A stretch of DNA of 64,000 nt, from NCBI GenBank assembly GCA_951406725.2, contig OX597827.1:47306001-47370000 (forward strand), read 5' to 3'. A program made the position numbers and the translations under genes. This document shows, one piece after another, positions 38,899 through 53,807 of the stretch (positions are counted from its first letter, which is position 1; each line of letters begins with the position of its first letter). A model generated the notes under the pieces. It did not search any database. It saw only the letters and a list, made by a program, of their open reading frames with translations, and was not told the origin of the DNA. The DNA comes from Octopus vulgaris. Lineage: Eukaryota.

Positions 38899-39620
38899 TA
38901 TATTTCAATAAAATTTCAAATTGAACAGTAATTTCGTCACCACGTGCATATGTATTTAGAGCGGCAACCTTCTTCAATATATGCATATATAAAACAGTAA
39001 TCAATTTCGTTTTATAAAAATAGATTCAATTAATTCCTACATTCCAAGGAAATTATTCATCGTTTATTTTATGTTCAGAGAGGTTTACTATTTTAGAGAA
39101 AATTAGATCATAAAAAGACATTGGAATTGATTGAATAAAATCACACTAATTAATTTTAATCGTTCAGACTGAATGTACAAAATGTCTTACTTAACATTTG
39201 TTTTATTACTTTGATGCATTTTTTCTCAGCGCAGTCCATCTTGTGACGCATACAAGTAGAGCAGGACTGAAATATATGTTCTTGAACGCGAACGTCTGGT
39301 TATCATTTGGTTGCATGCTATTAAAAGGAGACAAAATCGAGAAAAGATGTCTGTTGATGTAGATTTGGAAAATAGACGCGACGTTGATAAATTAAATTGA
39401 GACAAAAAGGAAGGAAAGTGATAATGTGCGCTTGGTTTCAGAATATAGCTGTCAGTTGAAAGCGAACGGTTCCACAGTGCTGCTATGTATAGAAGACAAA
39501 CTTGTTAAATAGTGCGAGGACACTGAGAAGGTGAGAATAGAAATTACAGATTAAACTCACTTCATAGGCGTTATTTCATTCAAAGTCTAGACAAGCTTAA
39601 TATAAGCAAATGAGATGGTA

Positions 39621-39716
<96 letters not shown>

Positions 39717-39817
39717 CTCTTGTGTGATTGTTTGCCTGTCTATATAATTACCTACCTACCTACATGCATACATACAAACAAATATACATACAACCAATCT
39801 ATTTATCTCTCTATCTG

Positions 39818-39874
<57 letters not shown>

Positions 39875-39921
39875 ATCTATCTATCTATCTATCCATCTAC
39901 ACAGTTATGGCTCAAATATAT

Positions 39922-40143
39922 TACTTTATTACCCACAAGGGGCTAAACATAGAGGGGACAAACAAGGACAGACAGAGGTATTAAGGCGATTACATCGACC
40001 CCAGTGTGTAATTGGTACTTAATTTATGGACCCCGAAAGGATGAAAGGCAAAGTCGACCTCGGCGGAATTTGAACTCAGAACGTAGCGGCAGACGAAATA
40101 CCGCTAAGCATTTCGCCCGGCGTGCTAACGATTCTGCCGGCTC
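39922..40143 (-). mobile_element. SINE family C, young-looking copy
   Basis: ccccgaaaggatgaaaggcaaagtcgacctcggcggaatttgaactcagaacgtagcggcagacgaaataccgctaagc; nearly identical to 49905-50312. Confidence 0.9.
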
Positions 40144-41424
40144 AAATAGCTGTCACAACTGCAACTCTAGGTGAGTGATAATCCGCATATTACGAAGGAA
40201 CATTATGTTAGTTTCCCTGGGATTACGGTATGATGTGGCTTATCATCAAATGAATTAACTAGTCCCATTTACTCGCTAAAGTAATGTACCAAACCAAGCA
40301 TTCGGAAACACTTTCAAGATGTGAGATTTATTCACATCAAGATGGCGTTCAAAGTTTTCAAGCAGGTGAATTGAAGAAAAGGGTTTAGCAGTGCAGCACA
40401 CTCTCAGTTAAACGGACTTTCCGTCAGTAGATATTTGTTTATGCGGATGCTTAAAAGATAAGTGTAAAATATGATGATTGTCGACGAATTATAAGGGAAT
40501 GTGCCCTAACACCGAACGAAATCAGACTTGATTGTGATTCCACGCCTTCGAGTTAGCAGTAATGCCTGGGCTAGAATGGTCATCAGGTTGATCAAGTGTT
40601 AAAAAATAAATTTAATTCTGTCTAAGTTCTGTTAAATTTTGAAAATCAAATATTTAAAAATAAAAATTGACTTTCTAAACATTCAAATGTGCCTACACAT
40701 TTGGAGAAACTCAGTGTGTGTGTGTGTGTACTTATATATAATATGCATAAACACACACACACATATATATACATACCCCCCACACACACATAAATATATA
40801 TACATACATACTCACCCACACACATACTCACCCACACACATACACACACAGATATATATATATATATATGTATATATACACACATAAACACACACATAGT
40901 ATGTATAATTACGCTAATACGTAAATGCATTCATACAAATCTATGAACTTGTATTTATATATAAAATTCTACTCCTTCATAAATGAATTGCTATATAATG
41001 AGTCACCACAATATTACTATAGTAACGAATATAAAAATGATAGCCTCAAGACAAAAATGTGTTTGTAGTACTCTTTCCTAAAATTTGAATAGATTACATT
41101 GTGGTTGTGTTTACATTTATAGCAAAATTATTTGCTGGCGGATAGTTGAGAGAAATATGCCAATGTGTAGCAATAAAACAGAACATAAATCATTTGGAAA
41201 ATTTCGAAAATTAAAAAGACTTGAAATTTCGATTTGTATTCTGGTGAAATACATCTGTCATTAATAATATTATATATACGAGGTTTGATAAAAAAAAGTA
41301 TACAGAGTGAAGAAGCTTGGCATAGAATGATTTTAGGCTGACTATGCGCAATGAATCATAAGGTTCTCGCTTACTTTCATTGTTTAAAGCAGTGCTTGGA
41401 AATAAAGTGTGCTGTTGTTTGTTG

Positions 41425-41521
41425 TTTGTTCCTTCTGGAGCCACACCTGGTTCATAGGGCCGGTTTCCCGGTTTCATTGGCGTATAGGTTCCCCACCTGG
41501 ACGGGACGCCGGTCCGTCGCA
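41425..41521 (-). mobile_element. SINE tail type 3 fragment
   Basis: gggccggtttcccggtttcattggcgta...ctggacgggacgccggtccgtcgcag, as at 38197-38262. Confidence 0.75.
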
Positions 41522-41844
41522 GAGTAAAGTGTGTAGAGTCTGGTCGTTGCATGCATCATGTGAGTACCATTTGTGGGATCTGATTTTTTTGGGGGGGTTG
41601 GCGGGAATAAGAGGAATAAATTGCAAGGGGCCAGAGCTGGGAAGTATTGTGATTGTCGGATCCTCGGAAATGTTGTGCTGGGCTCAAAACTGCTACGCAA
41701 GCTATAATGTGGAGATGCAAATCACTGGATGCATGTGACGACTACATACTACATACTTTACTTCTCAGCACTGGTATAAACACACACTCACACATACGTA
41801 CATACACACATACACATACATACATACATACATACATACATACA

Positions 41845-41877
<33 letters not shown>

Positions 41878-42778
41878 TTATATACTATATATACATATAT
41901 ACAATTGTGTCTGGGGAGAGTCATTCTCTTTTTGTGCCTTATAATGTAGCACACTCACTGGTAAAATTTCTACTTGTTTCTTATTTTTATTTTCCTAAAA
42001 TTTTCGTTGAGTCTTGCAACCGTTTCAATAGTCTTGACTCTGTCTGTTATTTACACTGTGTTCCTTTTTGTTTGTTTGTACGCATGTGTGTGGGTCAGTG
42101 TGTGTGTGTGTGTGTGTGTGCCTAAACATGCATGCATGCACGTATGTATGTGTGTATGTATGCATGAATGTGTATGTATATGTTAGTGTGTATGTGTGCA
42201 TCTGTATGTATATATCCTGTATATTCATGTGCTTGCATGTCTGCGTGTGTGCGTGTGCTTGTATATGTATGCACCTCTGTCTCCTTGTGTGTGCATGTCT
42301 GTGTGTGTGTATGTGTTATGCAACCTTGTACCATGTTTGTATGTATGGATGTGCATCTCTATGTGTGGATCCGTATCTCTCTATGCGTTCTTGTGTGGAG
42401 TAAAGTGTGTGTGCATATATGGTCATGTGTGTCAGTCTCCATTTGCGTATGTGTGCTTGTCTGTTCTTATAACCTATGTACCTATCCTTCTGTATGTTGA
42501 TCTGGTTATTTTCATATCTATATGCTTACATACAAAAAAAAAAAATAATAAAAAAATACATGTGCATAAACACACACACTGACACCCACCAACACGCACA
42601 TACATACATCTATCTACATTACTATTGTACTCTACCTGTGTAAACTGTGGGTATGGAGGTATTATATCTACTATATATATCTACTATATATATCCTGTAT
42701 TTGTTTCAGTGTTGGGTCTTTTGGGTGCTTGGATAAGATGTGGATGTCAAGTTGAACCAAGTAGCCTCCATGGTGGTC

Positions 42779-42831
<53 letters not shown>

Positions 42832-43059
42832 GTATGTATGTATATGCGGTATATGCGCGCGAAAACTCACAGATAAGCACGTAAATATATGTATATATAT
42901 ATGTATGCATGTATGTATGTATGTATGTACGTTTGTCTGTGTATATATACGTATATACGCGCATATAACGGTGTTTAATATTTTTTGATATCTTGTCATA
43001 TCAAAGACAGCCTTGTTTTTTGTTCATAAATGGAACTAGATTTAAGGAAACGCTGAAAT

Positions 43060-43390
43060 TAATCATGTCGGGTTGCTAATGTCGTGTATAACTCCCCAAA
43101 AGGCCGTAGTCGTCTGGTGTAGTTTAGTGAAGTGGACGTCAGTTCACTGTCCCAAATTTCCCATCTATCCCGGTTAGAGTGAGAATCGTGTACTTGGGAT
43201 TCAAACGCCCGCAGCTATTTAATATCTTACCAAATTTTCTGAGAGCTTTACATGGAGTGAGGGTGGTTGTTATTTTAGAAATGGGTTGACCAGCTGCTCT
43301 CCAAAAGCCCAAATGAACCCACACCAAGGCAACTCATAGGAGGCAGCAATATCAAACTTCCTCCTTCATCAAAAGCCAATAATTAAAAAT
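43060..43390 (+). mobile_element. CR1/L2-group LINE 3' relic
   Basis: LGFKRPQLFNILPNFLRALHGVRV resembles SLGSKIPRLFNTLPKPLKDLCRMVV at ~28815-28890. Confidence 0.6.
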
Positions 43391-43878
43391 GGTCATTGAA
43401 AAGGTGATAATACTAGTGGTGGCCCAAAATAGCCACAGTCTTTGGGCCGAAGCATATATAAGAAAAACAGAGAATATGCGAATGAGCGCTATTATCGAAC
43501 AATGAGAACGAGAGTTCAACACTGCATTGGCGGATGAATATTTGGTATTTGTGGGTTAACAAGGCAGCCAATGCCTCCACGTGAAGAGATCTTCAGTATT
43601 GTTCTTGTGTAATACATAGTAGTGTTCGTAGTCTTTCTTTTGCATGAGAATACTGATCTAAAATGAAGACGAGCACCAACATTTCCATGTGACACACTTG
43701 AACAATCGTGAAGATCTCAGATGAAACCATTGGTTACCTTGTGAACCAACAAATAAAGTATAAATGAATATATCTACATATATGAATATGTATATGCATG
43801 TATGGCTCTGTCTCTCTGTCGGTCTGTCTCTCTATACATATATATATATATACATGTCCATACACATATATATATACA

Positions 43879-43909
<31 letters not shown>

Positions 43910-43990
43910 CATATACATATCCATACACACACACACAGACATATATATATATATATATGCATCCATAAATGCATATGTATATATGCATAA

Positions 43991-44043
<53 letters not shown>

Positions 44044-44369
44044 TATATAAACATATTCTGCCGCAGTAGAAACCAGGAGCATAAAGTTGAAAAGAAACTC
44101 AAATACCGTTAAGTATATAGTTCATTATTTCTTATGTTTCATCTGTTATACACATATATACTCACCACTAGCATGAGACTATTGCAATTTAATAACATGG
44201 TAACCGGTATATAAAATTCGATAATGATTATAATAATACTAATACTACTAATTATAAAAGTAGCAATAGTGGTAACACTATCAATAATACTACGATATAA
44301 AATTTACTTCTCAAAGAAATTATGTATAACGAAAACAATTTTAATTTTTCGCGTGTAAATCTAGAGAAT

Positions 44370-44551
<182 letters not shown>

Positions 44552-45202
44552 TGTTTCAATGATTGTGCAATAAAATAAAATTGTAAAATACTCTTTGAAG
44601 ACTAAATTGAGTAAAATAAAATATTCGAAGAAAGATATTTGAAAATACTTCTGTCAAATATTTCTCTGTAATAGTCGGGCATCAATAAATGTTTCAGTTA
44701 AAATTGGTCAATTTAATTGCGCCAGTATAATCGCATAATTCCACTGAAAATATCGTCAAAGTACAAGATATACCGACTTTTAAAATGAGGAAATCAAAGA
44801 GCTACCGGCTTTATATTTTTTTCGCTAGTTAGTGTATGTATGTACGTATATATGAAAATCTGTGTATGCCTTTGTATGTACATATGTTTGGATATATGCC
44901 TGTATATATGCATCATATATACGAGTATATATATTCGTGTAGGTTTCTATATAGCAGTATATATATAGATACGCATATACATATGTAGGTTTGTATACAT
45001 TTAGGTATGTATGCGTGCGTGTGTGTGTATGCGTGAGCATGTATATATGTTTATAGCTATATATTTAATACGTACCTGTGTTTGTGTTTTAAATGCGAGC
45101 TTTAAAATTTAAACTTCTATAAACATAAGAAATACGTATTTGTATTATACATTAAGTGCGTCGCTCTTAATTATATCAACACCTAATATTTACGTGAATT
45201 AG

Positions 45203-45279
<77 letters not shown>

Positions 45280-45286
45280 GTCTGTG

Positions 45287-45333
<47 letters not shown>

Positions 45334-45489
45334 GTATCTGTCTATATACAAACATATATATATATATATGTATATATATATATGTGAGTGTGTATATATA
45401 TATGTGTACGCGCGTGTATACACATAATTATATATGCGTTATATGTGTGCTTATATATATATGTGTGTGTTTGTGTGTGTATTTATTTG

Positions 45490-45537
<48 letters not shown>

Positions 45538-46517
45538 CATATGTGTGTGTGTGTGTTATGTATATATATATATATATATATACATATATGTATATATAAC
45601 GAACAGTTGTTTCTTTTCCCTCTATCTTTCTTCGGTTTCATCTATCCTTTTCCTTACAAGAATATAGGCTCTAATGTTGGGCCTATATATTTTTCTGGGT
45701 GTAAACCAAATTCCCACTCTCTGTTGTTCTTCAATCTCGTTTTTGAGTCTTTATAATTTTGGACAACGTACACACACCTCACACACACACACAAACACAT
45801 ACACACGGCCACACGTATTTATTTGTCTATCTAAAGAATTTCGGAGATTATTTGTGTAAGTTACTTATTGAGTCTGAGACACCGTGTTTAAACTGAAGCA
45901 ATTAAATCGTGAAATAACGACACTGTTGATGTAAAATATACAAGAATGTGTTGAATTCAATTTCCGTTTATTACAAGAGTTGTTAAAATTTCGTCGCCGA
46001 ATTGCACTCTGATCGTTATTTATTGTATTTTTGCATTTCCATTACTATTCCGAATATGAAATCGTCTGTTGAAACTAATATATTTATATTTTGGAAGAGT
46101 TACGCAGCAAGTAAATATGTCCGCACTACTTGCTGTCGAATTTTTAATTTAGTTAATTGATTCTTTAACGTATTGGGCTACACACCTCAAACGTACTTAC
46201 TTTTCTTTATTCTCCCTTACTCTATTTTGCTTTCCGTGTCCGATAATTTTATTGGTAAGTGAATATGAATATTTGTGTAAATTTGAGCGCGCGTTTTGTA
46301 GTTATTGACCACAGTTTCGTGTCGGTGAGATATATACGGGAATGGGTTTGGACTTTACTTGTGAGTAATCATCTATAAGTGAGTGTGCATTGCTTTCGTC
46401 TGATACTTTTATACATATATATGTATGTGTATGTGTGGTTGCGGGCGTGAGCACATGTTTGTCTGCGTGTTTAAGTGTGTGTGTATGGATGTGCGTGCGA
46501 TTGTGTACTGGCATATG

Positions 46518-46573
<56 letters not shown>

Positions 46574-46622
46574 TCGCTATGTACTACACACATTGTTTCT
46601 CTCCTTGTATCTTTCTGTTTTC

Positions 46623-46658
46623 CTTTCTGTGGAAGAGCGTAGGCTCGAAACGTAAAAG
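46623..46658 (+). ncRNA. Family H-like minimal hammerhead, A6-to-U core variant
   Basis: CTTT-CTGTGGA-A-GAGC(GTAG)GCTC-GAAAC-GTA-AAAG: stems I and II perfect, zero-loop ACGT stem III; host element ~46585-46748 ends in (TA)n. Confidence 0.6.
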
Positions 46659-46773
46659 ACTTTCAATTCCCGAGCGTTAAACTAATACATCTGTTTGTTT
46701 TCTACACCAGCTGTATTCGTCTTTTGTTTTTTTCCTGAATCCTCCCTATATATATATATATTTTTTTTCTTTT

Positions 46774-46866
46774 CGACCAGGCTATCAGATGTTGCTACAC
46801 ATCGCTGGTCACAATGCGCTTCGCATTATTTTAGCCTTCAAATGACGCCACCCCGCTGGCTAAGCA
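46774..46866 (-). mobile_element. SINE tail 1 fragment
   Basis: cgaccaggctatcagatgttgctacacatcgctggtcacaatgcg...aaatgacgccaccccgctggctaagc. Confidence 0.8.
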
Positions 46867-47701
46867 AATATATATGTATGTATGTATAAAGATAGATACA
46901 TAGATAGATAGATAGACAGATAGATAGATTGATAGATAGATAGATATGGGAATGGGGTTTGTACGAGTGTATGTATCATTGGTATTTACATGTAGTTATA
47001 TAGATACATATAGACATATATGAGTATAAATATGTCTGATATGGATATAGGTACATATATTGATTGAAAAATAGACATTTCGCTTTATAAGTACATACCT
47101 ACATACATATATGTGTGTTGGAGTGAAAACGTGTGTGTGTTTGAAGGTGCGTGCGTGTTAAACAACTTTATTACTGTAAAGTAACTTCAATAATAGCAGG
47201 AAAACATTTAATTATAGAGGGACTGTATAATGGAAGTTAAATTGTATTTCTGGAAATCAAAATTTGAGCAGGTAACATGTGGTTTGTAATATGTTACATA
47301 CTTACCAGGAAAGGTGTTTCATGATTTATTCATAGAAAAAAAAAACAAATCAAAATGACAAAAAGACGTTTGAGATCATGAGTCAGATGGCGTATATCTC
47401 GATGGTATGTGAAATAAGTTTTGGTGGGAATAGCAGAAAGAAAAAAAAGTTTCCAAAAAAACATAATATAGAAAATATGTAGGAACAGAGAATGTTTATT
47501 GATTATTGGGAAATATTCTGTGAAGAAAGAAGGAATTGACTGATTTCCTTGCCGATTTTAATCTATTGAATGTTAATGTGCCATATGGAGTTTATTTGAA
47601 AACAATGTTTTATTACACGTTTGTGTGGTTGTGTGTGTGTGTATCTGTGTGCATGCGCGCGCGTGTGGATATCAGTTTATGAAATAATGACGTACATATA
47701 T

Positions 47702-48066
47702 GGCGTTGGCTCGGCTGTGTGGTAAGCAGTGTGTTTCCCAACCACATAGATCCAGTTTCAGTCCTAGTGCGTGGTACGCTAGGAACGTGACTTCTCATCA
47801 GGCCGCGCAAAGATTTCTGAGCGGTTTTGGTAGACGGAAAATGAAAGACGCCTGTCGTATGCATATATATATATATATGTATGTGAATATATATGTATAT
47901 ATCAATACATGGATTGACTGTGAGGGAAATAGCTTGCTTACAAGCCACATGGTTCCGAGTTCAATCCCACTGCGTGGAAACTTTGGCAAGTGTCTTCTAC
48001 TATAGCCTCGGGCCAACCAAAGCCTTGTGAGTGGATTTGGTAGACGGAAACTGAAAGATGCTCGTA
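47702..48066 (+). mobile_element. Two tandem SINE family B 5' halves
   Basis: 47702-47858 and 47912-48066 each end in tttggtagacggaaa.tgaaaga followed by (TA)n. Confidence 0.8.
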
Positions 48067-48084
48067 GTATGCATATACATACAT

Positions 48085-48181
<97 letters not shown>

Positions 48182-48329
48182 GTATATAAACAACAATCAC
48201 ATTTGACAAGTATTCCACCAGTATTCCTTGAGTTGGTGTTTATGAATGCATTCCATAACAGAGGGATTTTCTAAGTTTATTTCAAGACAGTCTTTCTTGC
48301 GGATCGTAGATCGTATTGTAAATTGTTTT

Positions 48330-49440
48330 AGCAATAACATCGTGCCGCATAGGGAGGTAGTACCGCGAGGACATTTTAGGGCAGATGCTAATCACATGCG
48401 TTATGTCTTCCACAGAAACATGATATAGTCTACACATACGGTTGCACCTTGGGATTACAAGAGCCTCACTGTCTATCTTGTTTACCAGGTATTATGTGTG
48501 ATTCTCCTCTTTCGGGATTGCAAACGCATAGCCTTTCAAGTGTGATGTAATGTAGTGGTCTTGTGTCCAAGAAAAGCTGCACTTCGTGTCAATTGTAATG
48601 TGTTCTTCATGCTTCCGGGCAACATACCAGTTCATGGTCTGCTTTTTGTATGCTGAGTGCTTTCGATTCAAGTTTTCTCTAAGGTAAGGGGGTTCAGTTG
48701 TTTTAGGGCTGTATAGGAGATCATCGGGAAGAGAGCGTTTCTTGAGGAGTTCACTGCCAACTCGTACAATGTTGCTCACTTCACTTTTCAGGACTGCATT
48801 AATATATTTATTTTTGCTGCTGTTGTTTAGCAAGTGCTGCCTGAGTGATATCATACAACATTCGAAGGCCGTCTCCACTGATCTCAGGCCTCTATCACCT
48901 TCGTGTCTTCTTAGGCAGAGCCTGTCAACATCACTGTTTCTGTGGAAGTTCCCTGTTGTTTTCAGGATTTTGTAGGTTTCGATATCTATAGAGTGGATTT
49001 CTTCTACAGACCAATCAAGTACTCCAAGTGCTGGGAACAGCACTGGTACTGCAAATGCATTGTGGGATATTGTTTTGTTGTAAGGGGAGAGTTCTGAGTG
49101 CAATAGTTTCCTAAGTCAGGTGTAATATTCTCGGGTCACTCTATCTTTATTCGCAGTGCCTTCATATGATACATTTTCATCTATGCCTAGGTACTTGTAA
49201 CATTCTTTCTGTGGAATGGAGGTGGGTTGTAGAGAGAACGTTGATGCACAGGTTTTGGGTTTGGGGACTGACTTTCCTCATTCTATTACCAAATACGAAC
49301 ATTCCTTTTGGCCAAATTCCATGCCTATATCAGCTGAAAATGTTATTAATTCCAGTTGTTCTTTGGCATTGTTAAAACTTTTAGCATAAGTCTTCAGGCT
49401 GTCTACAAAGAAATTATGAACTACATTGATATTTCTAGCA
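48330..49440 (-). mobile_element. R4/Dong-like non-LTR reverse transcriptase relic
   Basis: HNFFVDSLKTYAK (YxDD region), DIGMEFG, YKYLGI, then ORF 49103-48492 SELSPYNKTISHNAFAVPVL...FHRNSDVDRLCLRRHEGDRGL; frameshifts and stops. Confidence 0.9.
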
Positions 49441-49496
49441 GTTGAAGATGCATGTATGTATGCATGTATTTATGTATGTATTTATGTATGTATGTA

Positions 49497-49532
<36 letters not shown>

Positions 49533-49558
49533 TGTATGTATGTATGTATGTATGTATG

Positions 49559-49591
<33 letters not shown>

Positions 49592-49904
49592 GTTTGTATG
49601 TATGTAAATACGTATAGATAGATAGATCGTTTAAAGTGGTGTATGGATTTTGGTTAATGCTTTATTAGCGCTCTCGTCGCGCTCGTTGACAGTTCTCAGA
49701 TGTGAGTTTCACAGAAAATTTGCCTTTTACACAAATGTGAAAGACGACGTTGTTTTGTTAGTTATCTATATGTGTGTGTATATAGCAAAAGAGAAAGAGA
49801 AAAGAGATGAAGAAAAGAAAGAAGGAAGAAGAGTAAGAACGTCGGGATGATAGGGAGAAGGACACGAAAGAAAAAAATAGAAAACAGAAAGATGGATTTA
49901 GATA

Positions 49905-50312
49905 TTATTTCTTTATTGCCCACAGGAGGCTAAATATAGAGAGGACAAACAAGGACAGACAAAGAGATTAAGTCGATTATATTGACCCCAGTGAGTAACT
50001 GATACTTATTTAATCGACCCCGAAAGGATGAAAGGCAAAGTCGACCTCGGCGGAATTTGAACTCAGAATCTAGCGGCAGACGAATTACCTATTTCTTTAC
50101 AACCCACAAGGGGCTAAACACAGAGAGGACAAACAAGGTCAGACAAACGGATTAAGTCGATTATATCGACCCCAGTGCGTAACTGGTACTTATTTAATCG
50201 ACCTTGAAAGGATGAAAGGCAAAGTCGACCTCGGCAGAATTTGAACTCAGAACGTAGCGGCAGACGAAAGCATTTCGCGAAGCATTTCACCCGGCGTGAT
50301 AACGTTTCTGCC
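49905..50312 (-). mobile_element. Head-to-tail dimer of SINE family C
   Basis: Two consecutive near-identical units, 49905-50085 (5'-truncated) and 50090-50312. Confidence 0.9.
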
Positions 50313-50439
50313 TAACGCAAATACTGATTAGACGTTAATCTCATGTGAACATCTGCTGCTTTCTATGAAGTGCAAGACGTTATATGGAGTAACATTAAAG
50401 GAGTGAAACTTACAATTTTTTGTAATGCACACAGCCTCA

Positions 50440-50622
50440 CAGTCCCAACGAATAAAACGGAAAAGGTGTTATCCCTGACGATGGTGAGGGAGATGCGCTG
50501 GAACATCCAGTCTGACTCATAGGGCTCGCTCTTGCCGCCAACCATCCCCGTCCCGATAGCAGTGAGCGGGTATATTGTCCAGTGGTCAAGAATGCCCGTC
50601 GTCTCCACTGTCACAGGCTAAA
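50440..50622 (-). mobile_element. CRE/NeSL-like RLE endonuclease C-terminal relic
   Basis: PVTVETTGIL...AIGTGM...EPYESDWMFQRISLTIVRDN resembles the P.AVET.G...FQRIS.AI.RGN motif of RLE-type non-LTR elements. Confidence 0.65.
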
Positions 50623-50848
50623 CAAAAAATATTGACAAATTGAAGATCGTTCACCTACTAACAACTACAGTCCTCTACTGACCCCAAATATAACAACAAA
50701 AGGCATGTCATAGTAACAAAGCCTGTCTCCATTTCTCTTTTTCTTTCTTTCTTTCTTTCTCTCTTTCTTTCTTTCTCCTTTCTTGTCCTTGTCCTTTATT
50801 TCTTATTTCCTGCGACAAACATAAACACAAAAACACAGACACAAAGAC

Positions 50849-50904
<56 letters not shown>

Positions 50905-51144
50905 ACGCGCGCACACACACACACACACTACCGCCACCCATACACGGACGTCTCTCAGTAAGTATGGGTGTGCCCGAAGCAATAGTAGAAGATAATTGCC
51001 CAAGGTACCACGTAATGATACAGAACGTAGAGCCCTAAGGTTTGGAAATATAATTCTTACCACGCAGCCAGGTATATATATATACACATATATATGTACC
51101 ATCTATATTGTATGTTGTGTGTGTGTGCTGAATATGTTAGTTTG

Positions 51145-51198
<54 letters not shown>

Positions 51199-51214
51199 TA
51201 TATATATATACATA

Positions 51215-51260
<46 letters not shown>

Positions 51261-51869
51261 CATACATATATATGTATGTATGTATGTATCTTTTTTTTCT
51301 GTACATCATGTGTATATAGACGTATGTAAACGAAAATTATAAATATGTTAATATGATTTTGTTTGCTAACGTCAACTTTGGAATTATAAAAAGCCGTAAG
51401 AAACGTCTGGAAAAATTAATGCAAATTTAAAAGCCAAAAATAAATTAAGCTAACTTTTATGATAATTAAATTAAATAAACAAATGTTTGACAGTAAATTT
51501 CGAATGATAGCTAACAATGAAGAAATAGATTAACCACTCGTTCGGCTCTCAAAACTAATTGAATAATATGAATGTTTGAAACCTTTATAAACGCAATTAT
51601 GGTAACTTGTAAACTTAGATATTACCTCAGTTAATATATAAATAAATAATAGATATAAAAGAATAAGTAACAAGTTTTTATTGTGCGTGTGTGTTAATTC
51701 GATCGGGCTCAATGTAATTTTCTTCAGTGTGTAAAAACAAATAATATAAAGGGGTTCCGTTTGTTGAAAACTAGAAATGAATTAGACTCTTCCGCCTGGA
51801 TTAAGTTGGTACGCTAGGTGCCAGAATCGATGTATCGATTGGCATATTGATTAATTTCTTTTTCCCTTT

Positions 51870-52425
51870 CTATCACAGCATCACAGTACCGACCAGATCG
51901 TTAGATGCTGTTTTGCACCGCTGGTCACAATGTCCTTCCAAATCTGTCTTGCTTGATTGCACCATTCTTTTTCAAGTGACCTTTTACGATCTTTCGAATA
52001 CTTTTCGGCAACTGTACGGGTCCACCTGTTGTTTGTGAACTTTGTGACATAACCGGCCCAGTGGAACTTGTGCTTTCGGTAGTCTGCGATCACATCGTTC
52101 ACTCCACACTCTTCGAATTATCTCGTTTCGAATACGCTCTCGTAATGATATTCCAGTCATCGATCTTGCTACGGCCATCTGTTTCATTCCGTCGTAGACT
52201 ATCTAGTAGCCCACGTCTCACTTGCACATAAGAGCGCAGGTAGGATGGTACTATGGAAAGATCTGACAGATATGGTATTATCTCGTTGTGTTTTGAACAC
52301 ATCATTTATAGAATATATATAGACCTGCCATCTTGCACTTATTCTCTTTAAGATTTCAGCATCCATATCACGGCGCATATTCACTGTGTTCCATACGTAG
52401 ACGTATATCTTTATCTCCTCGATTT
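51870..52425 (-). mobile_element. RTE-clade LINE 3' relic with 3' terminus
   Basis: EILKRISARW...TILPALLCASETW...RSMTGISLRERIRNEIIR...KFHWAGYVTKFTNNRWTR; ends in short repeats gtactgtgatgctgtgata. Confidence 0.9.
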
Positions 52426-52725
52426 CTACAGCTATGTAAAAATGATTAAATTCTCGATGTGAAATACTAAACCATTCTCAACAATTGTACATATAAGAAA
52501 CTATATTCTGATGTAAGGATATTGCATTGTCTCCAATATCATGATGAGATGACAGATTCAGATTCCATTTAATACCGCATGATATAGCATAGTCACTGAT
52601 TAAATTGATTCCAGCTATATTAACGATTTTTCTAAACTATTTCTTATTGAAACGATCGTAACCGGATACTAAATGTGATAACAATATTCTCATTCTCTTA
52701 TAAATTCCAAGTACATATATGTATG

Positions 52726-52820
<95 letters not shown>

Positions 52821-52989
52821 TGTATGTATGTATGTATGTATGTATAAATTAAATAGTTTTATCTGAGTGCGAAATAGAATAATCTACAACTGAAGGAATA
52901 TACAATAAGTAAATTTCATGGAAAATATGGAAATATTTTATGCTCTTTCAATCAGAGCAAAATACCTCTCAAAATAATCTTTTATATTT

Positions 52990-53283
52990 TATCTTTTAAT
53001 TGTTCGTTTCAGTCATAATAATACGACCATGCTGGAGCACCACCTTCAACAAGTTTTAGTCAAATAAATTGACCTATTTTGTAAGCCTGGTACTTATACT
53101 ATCGATCCCTGTCACCAAACTGCTAATTTACGGAGATGTAAACAAACTAACACCGGTTGTCTAGCGAGTTTGGGGAACAAGCACAGACACACACGCACGC
53201 ACACGCATAACTATACTACAGGCTTCTTTCAGTTTCTATCTACCAAATCCACTCAGAAGGCTATGGTCGGTCCGAGATTATAG
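52990..53283 (-). mobile_element. SINE family B copy, diverged
   Basis: ccatgctggagcaccacc...cttctttcagtttctatctaccaaatccactca. Confidence 0.75.
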
Positions 53284-53807
53284 TAGACTATACGCTCTTC
53301 CACGGAAAGAAACAAGGAAAGAAGATAAAGAATGTGTAGTGGCCAGCGATGTATCATGGCGAAGGCCGGACAGAGGGGTCACACAGGAGAGCTAGGGAGA
53401 AGGGGAGATAACAAAGTGGTAGTGATCTCAAAGCGAAGGTGCGCGTGCGTATTACAAAAGAGTTTGCATGTGCGTGTGGAAGAGGGCTGGTGATCTTATA
53501 TAAATATATATATATATACATGAATGTTTGTGCATGATGAATATATGTCTAAGTGAATACTAATCAATGCTTTTATATTTATGCATATGTGCATAAATGT
53601 GTGTATATATGTGTGAACATGAATATAAATGTGCATACGTGCGGAGATATATTGTTTATATATGATGATATATACGTATGTACAAATGCATGTAAATAAT
53701 TGTGAACATCCCTGTGTGTGTATATACATATTTATATACGCATATATCTCTGTGTGGTTATGTATGTAAAAGCGTATATGTATATATGTATGTGTGTATG
53801 CGTGTGA

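Noticed and set aside
41994-42035. Minus-strand CTA-TTGAAAC-GGTTG...CAAC-GAAAA-TTT-TAG possible U3-A8 hammerhead
   Set aside because: A9 is missing and the stems are short; could be chance.
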